In this document: positions 48,549-60,200 of the stretch, one piece after another
Numbering within the stretch: position 1 is the stretch's first letter
How the letters are laid out: each line of letters starts with the position of its first letter
IMG/VR virus record: IMGVR_UViG_3300046671_000011
Span: 9,861-73,860 of that record
Source: a virus
Taxonomy: Duplodnaviria > Caudoviricetes
Strand: one strand, 5' to 3'
Length of the DNA stretch: 64,000 nucleotides
Notes under the pieces: model-generated
The model's database searches: none
Seen by the model: only the letters and a program-made list of their open reading frames with translations
What the model was told of the DNA's origin: nothing
Program-made: the position numbers and the translations under genes

Positions 48549-50375
48549 ATGACAATGACAGTTATCGCACAGGGCGGACAATTCTGGTACGCCCTACAAT
48601 ATGGAAAATATGAGGATGGCTATACTCAGGGACTCCCCGCAAAAGGAGCAGTTACCTTTATCGCCAATCCCGCAGTCTCAGATACTCTGGCGATTGATGG
48701 TATTACCTATACCTTCAAAGCGTCTCTTACTACAGCAAATGATGTTAAGATTGGTGTCGATTTAGACACAACCTTAGCTAACCTGTATGCGGCCTTGAAT
48801 GGTACTGTCCTTTCAGGAGCGTACTTCGCTGCGACAGTTCCTCAAAAGAAAGTTATTTGCGATGTGGGTACGCATACACTCTTTCTGACATCTTTGATCC
48901 CAGGCACAGCAGGTAACTCGATTACTCTGACTCAGGGCGGATCAGGTGTCGCAGGTCGCTTTACGCTTTCAGCTTCTACCTTACTTGGTGGAACTAAGGG
49001 TGGTAATGCCGTCGCGGGGGTCGGGTCAGTTGCAATCGCTATTCAGCCGATTGCCGATGATACTCTGGTAATTGGTGTTACTACTTATACCTGGAAAGCA
49101 AGCGCGTCTCTCTCGACAGAAATTACAATCGGTGCAAATCGACAAACTTCTATCACTAATCTTCTTGCTAAACTAGCTTCTAACGCTGCTATCAAGAATC
49201 CTTTAGTGAATGTCGAAGGTGGCAGTGTCGCGTTCTTTAAGGGTGCTACGCCAGGAGTCGCCAGCAACTCTACCGTGACAACTACAACTACCTCGGCAGG
49301 TGTGGCCTTAGCAGGCACGACACTACTTGGTGGTCAGGATGCGTTTACCTATGTGCGCTCAAACTTCACATGGAAGCGGCATCGCGCTCGTGAGCTTGAT
49401 TATGATGCAAGCCAAATGCAGCAGGTCTTCCCCTTAGAACTTGGAAGTACAATCGTCCCTACAGGTGCGTATAAGTCTGGTGTCGCTCTCTCCGGTGGCG
49501 TCACGCTTTTACCACGTCTAGAGGATGACTTTGGAGTTCTATTACTTGCGTCGTTAGGTAAGTCTTCATCAAGTTCTTCAGGTGGAGTCGGTACTCACAT
49601 CTTCACCTTCCTGACGAATGAAAGCGAAACCCCCTGGTTAGCCATTCGAAAGATGATCCCAGGTCGGGATAATGTAGATCCGCTTGGTATGGTTGGCTTT
49701 GATAATAAGGTAGCAGCTTTAAGACTTACAATGCCGCCTGCTGCGCCTATCGAGGCAAGATTAGAATTTATCGGGCGCGTGCCTGAACTTGATAATCACC
49801 CTGATGTTTGGGAAGGAGAAGCCTTTGAGGACTTCAAGAGTACGCCCCTTGCGTGTAAGGGACACTTCACAATACCCACTATCTTTGAGAAGCAATTACC
49901 AACTACTCAGGTGGTGGTTGAACTCCAGAATGGTGTCACGACTCCGCGCGAGGAAATGATTATCGGCTCCTACTTCATGGACGATATTGTCATGCGTACC
50001 CGTGCGCTGATGTTGAGGTTTGTGTTCAAATGGAATAACCCTGAACTCTATCAACGTACCTTTGCAGCTAAAAAGGGTGGAAAAACTTGGTCGCCAGAAC
50101 CCTTCATTACATCAACCGATCTTGATGGTAATTTTGCCTTTGACATCCTTATGGAATCACCATTTAATATTCCCGGCACGACAACGCCGTATTCTCTCCG
50201 AATTCGCGCGAACTCTTGCTATTGGGAACCACAGGGTAATATGCAGCTTCAAGCAGGTGGAATTGTCATGCAGCAATATATGGCAACGGTACTCGCTCCA
50301 GCCGCAAATGCTTACTGCGAATTCATCCTCGTCAATGGAAATACATCGGGTTACTCAGTACCAGCAGAACCCTAA
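48549..50375 (+). CDS. major tail tube protein with N-terminal repeated beta-rich domains
   Basis: 608 aa, Gly/Thr/Ala-rich N-half with internal duplication; followed by terminator and chaperones. Confidence 0.65.
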   Translation: MTMTVIAQGGQFWYALQYGKYEDGYTQGLPAKGAVTFIANPAVSDTLAIDGITYTFKASLTTANDVKIGVDLDTTLANLYAALNGTVLSGAYFAATVPQKKVICDVGTHTLFLTSLIPGTAGNSITLTQGGSGVAGRFTLSASTLLGGTKGGNAVAGVGSVAIAIQPIADDTLVIGVTTYTWKASASLSTEITIGANRQTSITNLLAKLASNAAIKNPLVNVEGGSVAFFKGATPGVASNSTVTTTTTSAGVALAGTTLLGGQDAFTYVRSNFTWKRHRARELDYDASQMQQVFPLELGSTIVPTGAYKSGVALSGGVTLLPRLEDDFGVLLLASLGKSSSSSSGGVGTHIFTFLTNESETPWLAIRKMIPGRDNVDPLGMVGFDNKVAALRLTMPPAAPIEARLEFIGRVPELDNHPDVWEGEAFEDFKSTPLACKGHFTIPTIFEKQLPTTQVVVELQNGVTTPREEMIIGSYFMDDIVMRTRALMLRFVFKWNNPELYQRTFAAKKGGKTWSPEPFITSTDLDGNFAFDILMESPFNIPGTTTPYSLRIRANSCYWEPQGNMQLQAGGIVMQQYMATVLAPAANAYCEFILVNGNTSGYSVPAEP

Positions 50376-50432
50376 TTTTCACTGAAACTCAAATACCGTC
50401 CTACGTGGTTTGACGGTTATCAAGTAATATCT

Positions 50433-50466
50433 TAGGGTAGAGGCGCAATCTCTACCCTATTTTTTT
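50433..50466 (+). terminator. intrinsic terminator after tail tube gene
   Basis: TAGGGTAGAG-GCGCAAT-CTCTACCCTA-T7. Confidence 0.85.
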
Positions 50467-50477
50467 ATGGAGTTTCA

Positions 50478-50945
50478 ATGGCAGTAATTCTTAAAATCCC
50501 ACTTCAGCAGAAGGTTTTCTTAAACCTTCCTACCGACATCGATCCTGATCAGGATACCTATGTCGAAGTTCGTCAAGCTACTCAGCGCGAAGTTGAAAAG
50601 CGTGCAGACTTGACGGCTGATGCCTCTCGTATTTTTCGTGATGGTTCTCAAGAAGTAGAAGTTCGTCAGCGTTGGTCTGTCGAGGAACAAAAGCGCCTTG
50701 AGGTTTGGCTTACCCTAGCAGGTTCTAATCTGGTGACTGAAGACTCTGATCATCCAGAAGGTCAGCGCCCACTTTTCCGGTTTCAGAAGATTAAAAACTC
50801 TTATATGTTAGCAATGACTGAAGAGCAATTTAAGGAAGCTTGGGGAAGTTTGCCCGAAGTTGTGGCGACATCTATTCACGCTGCGGTTCTTAAAGTTAAT
50901 CCGCAGTGGAACCCAAACTACAAAGCTCCCTCGACAGTCAGCTAG
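50478..50945 (+). CDS. tail assembly chaperone (G)
   Basis: position; overlaps -1 frame ORF at a slippery site. Confidence 0.72.
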   Translation: MAVILKIPLQQKVFLNLPTDIDPDQDTYVEVRQATQREVEKRADLTADASRIFRDGSQEVEVRQRWSVEEQKRLEVWLTLAGSNLVTEDSDHPEGQRPLFRFQKIKNSYMLAMTEEQFKEAWGSLPEVVATSIHAAVLKVNPQWNPNYKAPSTVS

Positions 50946-51283
50946 AGGAACTAGAGTCGGAAATATGGGGGTACTTGTCCTATTGGACAGACTTCCATAA
51001 CGCTGATGATGCTACAAAGATATTACTAGGTAATGATGAGAATAAGCCAGAGATCCCTTATTACTTCCTTATCTATAGAAAACTCAAGAAATATGGAGGG
51101 ACATTACCTTTTTTATGGGAAGGTGGCTATATGGATCAGCCTTATCTAGCTACTATCTGTATAGAAAGGTGTATATCAGTCGAACAGGATTATGAGTATA
51201 GTCTAAAAGCGAAGGCAAATGAAGTTAACCAGAAACCAGAATCAAACAATCCGTCACCTACAGACCCTCGGAATTTCGAATAG
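50906..51283 (+). CDS. tail assembly chaperone extension (T of GT fusion)
   Basis: -1 frame ORF overlapping chaperone 3' end, immediately before giant ORF. Confidence 0.68.
   Translation: MEPKLQSSLDSQLEELESEIWGYLSYWTDFHNADDATKILLGNDENKPEIPYYFLIYRKLKKYGGTLPFLWEGGYMDQPYLATICIERCISVEQDYEYSLKAKANEVNQKPESNNPSPTDPRNFE
50912..50918 (+). other. programmed -1 frameshift slippery heptamer C CCA AAC
   Basis: X XXY YYZ in frame of 50478 ORF; -1 frame open to 51283. Confidence 0.75.
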
Positions 51284-54200
51284 TAATATCCAGAAAGTTT
51301 TGGATACCTTCCCCGAATCTATCGAGCAAGGTCAGATCGCGTCCGGTCTTGATTGGCTCTCATCTGAAAAGCTAGACCCGCAATCTCGCGTCTCTATTAA
51401 GGCCGATATTGTTGAGTCTACTATTGGTCAGGTTAACTCTCTTATTAAAGAAGGTCTCATTCATCCGGCTCGTGCAAAGGAATGGGACTTTCGCTGGTCA
51501 ACCTCAACGCCGTTTGCTGATCGATCTCTCTATGAGGCTATCTCTTATATTAAAGATGTTAATGCTGATCGAGGAAGGGCGTTAGCCCGTTTTCGATCAA
51601 TCGAAAATCAACTTCAGGACTTAGAGACCCTAAAAGCTAAGGTTCTTAATCCTGTCTTTGAACGTCAAGCTCACTTAGGACTGGATATCTCTACTACTCC
51701 TGCTTTCTATGGCGATGTCCCTTATCTTAAGGTTGGTAACTGGTTGGCTACCGAGCAGGAACTTGAGGATATCTCTACTTCTGATAGGAAAGCCTATCGT
51801 TGGACGACTACAATTCGGGCAATTTCTCAAGGCGACAAAGTTCAGGGCTTAATCGGCAACTTCCCTATCTATCAGGCAATGCCGATAGATATGTCTACCG
51901 GGAAACTTTCCCCTCGAAAGGATATTCCCGATTTCCATGAACTCCAGCAGCAAACACTTGAACACCTATTTAGTCAGGGTCAAAACCCCTGGTCTGTAAT
52001 CAAGAAAGAACGTACTCTAGGAGCTATGGCTTCTGGTGGTGGAGAAGCTGACATCGGGGATATTATCGCGCCTTATGCGACGATGGGTGCTCCCTTTATT
52101 GACTATACAATGGGAACTATGCGGATACCTGGTTGGTATCGGATAGTGCCTGGTCTTGAGCGTACAAACGTCCAGGAGTATACAGGAAAAGATCAGCGCG
52201 TTCTTAAACTCAAAAGACTACATGATGACGAAGGTAATGCAATTGTTAAATGGGCAGGAGACGCGACGGCGCTGGCAGGCGATTGGGCAAACACCAGGAA
52301 TAATGGAGCTACGGTTTTCCATGATCTGAGTGCTCGAATGCTAGGTAGATTTGTTGCCCAAGATGAGAATGGAGAGGATTATGTCTATAACGTTCTTGGT
52401 AACTCTGCCAAGCAGATAAAGAAAGATCGTATAGAGCAGCGTCCTACTGTTCAACTTGGATACCGTGATGAGATGGGTATCTTTCAGGCAATACCTTTCG
52501 AGAGTAAAAGCCGTTTTGGGTTCCCTATTATTGGTGCTCCCTTGACTGTAGCTGTCTCGGTAACAGGCGGATTAATTCCTGAAGGTCAGGCTTATGCACA
52601 TCCGTCACTAGAAGCCTTTGATGAAGCCAATTTTCGCTTAAAGATCTCTAGTGATGAGACTGGCTTTAAGATGACCACAGAGACTCAGAACGCGCTTAAT
52701 GCCTCGATAGGCCAAACCTTTAAGCGTGGACAAGAGTTAATGATTAATGGTGTCCCTTTGAAGGTTACTAAGAACTTTCGAGAGGGAAAGATTAAGGGCT
52801 GGAATATCCTTCATGAAGGTGATGAGTCTGGTGAAGGTGGTGCTGACTATCTGGTTGTTCATACGGAAGTTCGAGGCGCACCCTATGCACTCGACAGCAA
52901 TGCCGCCAAGATTAATATAGCTAAGAGTAATCTTGTTAAGCGCTATGGTGCTGATATCGTCGCAGGTGGGATGACTGCCTGGAATCAACAGATGGAAGTC
53001 TCTCTCGGTATCATGTCCGATGAGAACTATAACCGTTTGCTGGAGAAAGCCCTTTTTCGTCGTCAACGAGAAGGTATGGATACCAGCCATATTTGGGATC
53101 GTATGCAGGCTAAGAATGAGGAAAGTCTCTGGAATAAGGAAAATCTTGGCATCCATCAAGAAATGTTCAGGGAACACCTTCTCGAAAGTACCTTCTTTAA
53201 GAAGTTCTCTACTATAGTTAACTACTCTACATTAGGTGTCTTCCAGAGTAGGAACGAGAATATCCAGGATGAAGTTGCCCGACATTTTGGCTATGCTGAT
53301 CGATCACAATTACCACCTATGGCCCAACTACTTGGGTTTAATGATCAGTCAGAACTTCCTCAGTTTATAGATAAAGTTGAGTCTATTGGTCAGGGTCTAT
53401 ATAAGATTACCGGGAACGAGATGTTCTTCCGATTCGAGACCCGCTATCGTCCTACATTACTACCGTCGAGAGAACAAACTAAGTTCAATACCGAAGCTCT
53501 TACCGGATATGGTATTAGAGTAGAGGATGACTTAGGGTTTAATAAGACTAGTCGAGCGGTCACTGATATTATCAATATGTCAGGTCGGGCTGATCGCAAT
53601 GCTGCCGCTCAGCTTGTTCGGGCTGTTGGTCTCAATCGCGGCTTAAAGGTTGATAAGGCTGATGAGTATCTAGAGTTTAACAAGAATACGGTTACGCCTG
53701 CTATTTATGCAGAGTATCAGGCACTCTCAGGGACTCTTGCGAAGAAGCTAGAGAACAATGAGATTACCGAGTATGAACTCACACAGGCCAAGTTAGCTTA
53801 TTTGAAGACAGCTTTCGATCCGTCGAAATCTATCCAGATGGGGAACGATCACCGTGCGTTCTTTTCTCCCTCGATAGATTGGATAAGTAAGAAATCCTCT
53901 CCTAACTTCTCAGGTCAGGAAACTTCTAATCTGGTTAATAAGGCTTTAGGAGCTTTCGAGAGTTTAATTACTGAGAGTCAGGCGGATATCCGCAACGTCG
54001 CCACTCCACAGGTAAAAAGCCTTATACGCTCACTCGATCAGGAATTTGAGTCTCCAGGTATTAAGCAGAAGTTTATGAGTGGCAATGATAAAGCTGCCCG
54101 AAACTACCCTGTTGTTGGTGACTATGCATTAGCGCCTAACCAAGTAGTTATGCATCTGTCCGAGATGGTCAATATGGTAAGGACTGCCGCCCGACAAAAT

Positions 54201-57200
54201 GGGGTAGCAATGTCCAGTGAAGATGCTCGTAATTATATCCTCCAAGAAGAGTCTGCTGGTCGTTCGGCTTTTGCATCTGAGCTTGTTAGAAGTCCTCTAA
54301 CGACTATTGGTAAGATGGCTTTTGTAGATGTCTATTCACACAAGTGGTATAGCGATCTCTACAACCATTCAGGTATGGGTAATCGAAAGATATCTGTCCA
54401 GCGCGGTCAGATTATCATGTCTACCATCGCACAGATGCTCTTTGGCGGTGACTTCGATAAAGACCGTGATAGTTTAGGCCGTCCTCTTGTTCAATTTAGA
54501 CCTGATGGGAAAGCTTGGGATCGCGCAGTAGAAGCCACTACTCCTAGAGAGATCCTCGAAGGCGCGATGGTTAACCCGGCTGGCGAGGTTGTCAAACACG
54601 TTGAAGATAGAATGCTTGGCCTGAAAGCTGGTGAGTCTGTCTTTGATGTCAGTCAGAACGGGATGCGTAATACCTTTGCCAATCGGGTAATAGATAAGAA
54701 GTTGTCTAAGTTTATGGATAACTTGGGTAATCCTTCAGCTTATCCATTATCAGATATGTCTCAGGATGCGACTCAGGTCTGGACAGAATCAAAGTCTATG
54801 ATGGGACTTGGTTACTTCTTTCTAAGAGGTATCCGTGCTTATCAGAAGTTTGTCTTTGATGAGGAGTTAGCTCAGGGTATCTATGGCGAGAGTGGACGCA
54901 AAACGGCTATTCAAACCCGACGCTTACGGTCAGTCTTAGATGCCACAGAGACTTTTACCTCGAAAGGATATCAAGATGTCCTCGACTCAGGCCCGATGGA
55001 CTTGGGTATGGAAAGACTTATGTACCTGTCGAGAGTAAATCTTATGACAGGCCAGAATGCTGATGATCGATCACAGATTAAAGGAACTTTTAGTCAGAAT
55101 ATCGCTGCGGCTCTTCCCTTATTAGGTCTTGATGCTGAGACTGGCAAATATGCTTATGATGCTGAAGTTGCAGCTAAACTGGTTATTCCTGTTCATAGCA
55201 ATGAATATGCAAAAAGCGTAGCTTCTCTAACCAAAAAGATTAAAGCTGCTAGAGCCGAAATCTCGGCTTCGATTGATCGAAATGAAGGTCGTCTAGGTAT
55301 CTTCAAGCAAGCAGAGATGGCAGGCAGTGAGATTGATGAGTGGTATGAAGCTTGGTATAGTATACCCATTGCTCATCATCGTCAAGCTCTTGGGTATGTA
55401 ACCGCGAATGCTGCTCTTATTGCTTTAACCCCAAAGAATGACCATGACTTTGAAGGAGATCTTGGAAATCTTAGCAAGTCGCGTGTGGATTTTATTTATA
55501 ACATAGCTAATGCCGGGGCTATTGTTAAAGAAGTCCAGCGATTAACGTCCAGTAAAACTCCCTTAAGTGTCGAGGAGATGCTGCAATCTCTTGCCGATAT
55601 TAATGATCGGATGATGCCAGAAGCTCTTAAGGGTGCTAGCTTAATCTGGAAAGAAGTAACTAATCAAGTTCCTTTTGGGAGCGACACGGATACTCCCCTT
55701 CAGAGGTTCCGTAATAAAGCCCTTGAAAGACTTAGTGGTGAAAAATCGCGAACAGACTTTAATACTGTCTTTCCAGGTACTTCCTTAAACCCATCATTGC
55801 CTGATGTGTCTACTATGACATCACTACCCCCTAATCTGCTTGAGATGATGAGCGCAGCCTTTAATGGTAGCCCGATGCCTGTTCAATCTCTGCCTATAGA
55901 GACAGTAACTACTGATCGAAAGAAAAGACTTGCACCCTGGTTCCATATGAAAATTGTTGGGCAAGGTGACGAGATTAACACCGATGAGCCTATTCACTCT
56001 CGATATGCTCTTCCTGCTAGTAGTCTAACTGCCTTAGATGCTTTTGCGGCTATGACAGGAGCACGCCGAGTAGGTGGTCAATCGGAAGCTATGGAGTTAG
56101 GTGCTAACCTAGATGCGCTCCTGTTTGGTCGGGCAGTAGTTGGCAAGGGAGCACGCAATAAGTTAACTGGTAAAGAGATGGGTGCGGGCGTCTTATCCAG
56201 ACTATTAGAGCAGGATATCAAACAACCTCATTATAGCGATTTGGCTTATTCGATCTCAGCAGGTGATGTTGAGATTGAAGGCCGTCCTAATATGCTCTCG
56301 ACAGATGAGAACGGCAATAAGGTTCTCTATGATATTAGATTAACCAGTAGCGAAGAGAATGAATATCGAGGGCAAGTAGATTATCCTGGTCGGGATCAGG
56401 CAGCTATGCAGGCGGCTGGTAAGAAGATGTACGAAGGCCAGTCACGAGAATTACGGCTGTATGACCTGATGAAGCAGACTGCTAATGCTCTCGGAACCCA
56501 AGCCGATGTCGTGCGGACTGTCTACCTCGATAGGCAGGCAGTCATTCAAGGGATTGTTCAAGTCTTACAACCACAAATGAAAGGCAAATCTGACGAACAG
56601 AAAACTCAGGAAGCCACCAGACTTTTGAATAATCCCGAAGAATTGTACAAAGTTATTAATGGATGGTATTACGGAACTAAGCAAAAAGAAAAAGGAGTCA
56701 ATATCCCGGATTTCCAGCAAGAGATCATGTCTCGTATCCTAAAGGGTGCGATGCGTGGTTATCGTGACTATAACCCAACTAAGAATATAGGAGATAGCAC
56801 ATTAACGGGAGTCGATGTTTTCAACTTTGAAGTTGAGAAAACTTCTAAGGTAATCAGTCTTGTTAAACGCGCACAAGATGAAGCTACAAAGAGAGGTGAT
56901 CCTTTTCTCGCTGGACGTGAGCGTCAATCAGTAACCTTCTCAGCCGGGAAGTCTGGTAACGTCACCGTACCTCAAATGTCATTTGAGCTTAATGTCCCTA
57001 CCCAGGCCGCAGAGCATTCTCATAATCTCCTTAAAATCATGGCGGAGATTGGTACTGATGATGAGTTAGCTGCTTTGGGGCTTTCTCGCTTCGAGGCTGG
57101 TCAAGGGCTGGCCTCGAAGGATGTAATTGATAAGATGTTCTTATCTAAGGATAAGCAGGAACATGCTTATGATCTTGTTCAGAGCACTTTGGGAATTAAG

Positions 57201-60200
57201 GTTTTCGATCCGTCGAAAACTCCTGAAGATGTGATGAATGACTATAATAAGATGCATAATGATGCTAAGGTTGCCCTTCTAAAACGGCTTAACCTTAACT
57301 TTACTAACTCCCCCTCGACAGGTGATCCTCAATACCTAAATGCCATACATGAGGCAGGTCATATGCTGGCCTATGCTAAACATGACATTGAGGTAACTGG
57401 CTATGTTATCGGTAAAAACGGTAGTCAGGTAGGTCGCAGTAAACAACCAGAACCTCAAAGTGAGATTGATATTCTCTTGCATGGGGTCGCAGCAGAGATG
57501 GTCTTACTCGATAGTAAGTTTGAACGAGTAGCCGCTCACCTTCCTGATATTGTTAAGGCTACTGCTATTCGTCGCAAGATTGATAATCCTAATAGTCTAA
57601 CTACTGAGGATGTCGAGTGGTTTTATACTGAAGCCGAAAAACGTGCGGTTGTCCTTAATGAGCGCAAAGAAGCTCTAAAGGAAATTGCCGACAAGATCAA
57701 CACCAATCAGATTTGGATGAGCGATAAAGTAGATCCTGAAATCACAGCCGCCTTAAAAGACAAGTATGGTGTTGATAAGGAAAGCTCTTCTTCTGGCGAT
57801 GTAGCAGGCGATCTCAAGAAGGCTGAAGCTTTAAGACTTGCTTATCTATATTGGGATGATAGGGGAATTCAATTTCAGGGACTAGAGTGGCAAGACGAAC
57901 GATCTTCTGCTACTCACTTTATGTTAGTTGAATCTAGAAAACCCGAAAACGCTAAACATACAAAAGCCCTTATGCAAAAAATGTATGAGTGGTATAACCC
58001 CGACCTTAAAGAACTTCCTAGTGAAGATGTTGCGGCACATGAATTTGCACATTCGATAGTCGCAGGAGGCTTAAATCCTTCATCTCCACAATATATTAAT
58101 TTAGTTAAAGATGCAAAAAGACAAGGATCGTCTTCTAATACGTTCTTTGATAATTCTGAGGCGAATGCGCTAGTGGCAGCAGCAGGTGTAGCTGGTGAGG
58201 TGGCAAAAAACGGAACTATAAGACCACAGTTTGGTCACGCTTCTGATATTATAAAATTCTTACTTGCTAGAGGAAAAATTAATCAACCTTCAGATATTAG
58301 TAATCTCCAAAAGGAAGATGTTGATCAGTTTTATCATCATGCATTATGGATTAATGAAAATCTTTTTGGTGAAGATGTCCAGAAGCGTATGCCAAAAGCC
58401 ATACAGATTTTAACACAAAACCAGGGATATAAAAGAGATACTAATAGCCCCTCCGAGAAATTAGTTAACAAATTTGCCGATCATGTCCGTGTTCAAATTC
58501 AAAATAAATTAAATAATGGTGAGGCAGTAGAAGTCCCGCTTCCTAAAGTAATAGAATCGAGAGGTCAACCTGACCGTCGAGATAATCTTGATATTCCCTT
58601 AAACCCTGACGAGCTTAATGCTATGTTGAATGAACAGGCACAGGGTATAGACTTTGGGGCTATGCAGGCCGCATTCGATCCGTCGAATTCTTCAGGTGGA
58701 TCTGCTGGTGGTACTTCTATGAATGCTAGTGGTGTTCGAGCGGGTGCTGCTCGACAAGTAACAGCAATTACTCCACCTTCAGGCAATTTGTCAGGTGGTC
58801 AACCGCCTACAGTCGGCGCAGTTCCTCCTGCTATGGCAAGTTCAGGTGGGCCAATTCCGGTTAGTGCCAATGATAGATTTAACACGAGAACTAATCCTAT
58901 CTATACTCGTGATGCTGCTAAGGTACTTAAGCACGCTGATGTGGTTAAGATGCAGCAAACGATGGGTGCTATCGAGGAATACAGTAAGGATAGTAAGACT
59001 AAAGGCTTTACCGATATTCTTGACCGTCTCCAGAGCCTTCATAGTCGGCTGGATACTCTTACAAAGCCTGAAGCTGATGAACTTACACGGTTAACTGAAC
59101 AATTCGGGTCTGCCTCAGCAATGATGGCAAACGCGAATACTATCCTTTCGACAGTTGGAGAAGAGACGGCTAATGGTATTCGGCCTGAAGATAGCGCTCT
59201 TGGTGCTGATCGAGAAGAAGCCTTAACTGCTGCTCAAGCTATTCAGGGTCTCTTTGGTAGTAGATTTACAGATAGCCAAAATCAACCAACAAGGTTTAAG
59301 ACTGCTTCGGAGTTATTAACCAGTTATGTATCTTTTGATCAACAAGGAAACAAGAGTTTCCATACGAATGAATTCCAAAGAGCAATTGGTCGGGTCACTC
59401 AAAGAACGGCTAATGAGAAGACAGACAAGGCGATTGAACGCCAGCAAACGGCAAAAGAGGATGTTGATTTCCTCAATAATCTTCAGGGTAAGTCTCCTGA
59501 AGATCGGGTCGCTGCCCTTCAAGCGCGTGTGGCGTCACAGGCCGAACCCACTCTACATCAACTAGCTCAGATAGAGTCTAAGGCACTTAAAGAGAGTCAA
59601 TCTGATCGAGCGTTAGCTGATCGTGCCGATGTGACCCGCTCTTTCTTGACAGGTAAGATGGATGTAGGTGTAGCTCAGGAGCAAATAGAAGAAGCCCGCC
59701 GTTTGGGGTCAGCTATCCCTGAACATATAAGTGGTGGTCTAGCTGACTACAATAAGATTGTTCAACAAGAAGGCAGTCAACGTAGACAGATGGCGGCTGG
59801 TTATCTTGGGAATGATCTCGCTACCAATCAGGCGATGTTACCTGGATTAAGTGGTATTCATGCTGAAGTCTTAACGGGTGTCGTTGGTATTCAACAGACC
59901 GAGGCGGAAGTTGCTCAACGTAAAGCTGATCGACAGACAGAGATCGAACAACATAAGCAATTTGCTCTCGGTAGGTCTGCATACGAAGCCTTGTCTAGTC
60001 AGGATCGGGCAGGCTTTCGCGCTCTCTATCAAGGAACTACTGAAGTTGAACGTAGAAACCTGGCTAAAGCAGGTACAGCTAACGGTGCTACTCTCTTATC
60101 AACAATGGATAATCCTGCATGGGCCGAGCATTTAGATAAAGAAGAGAGAAAAGCGCAGGCTCGTGTGGGTAGCGATGCTAACTCTCGACAGATAGCTTCT

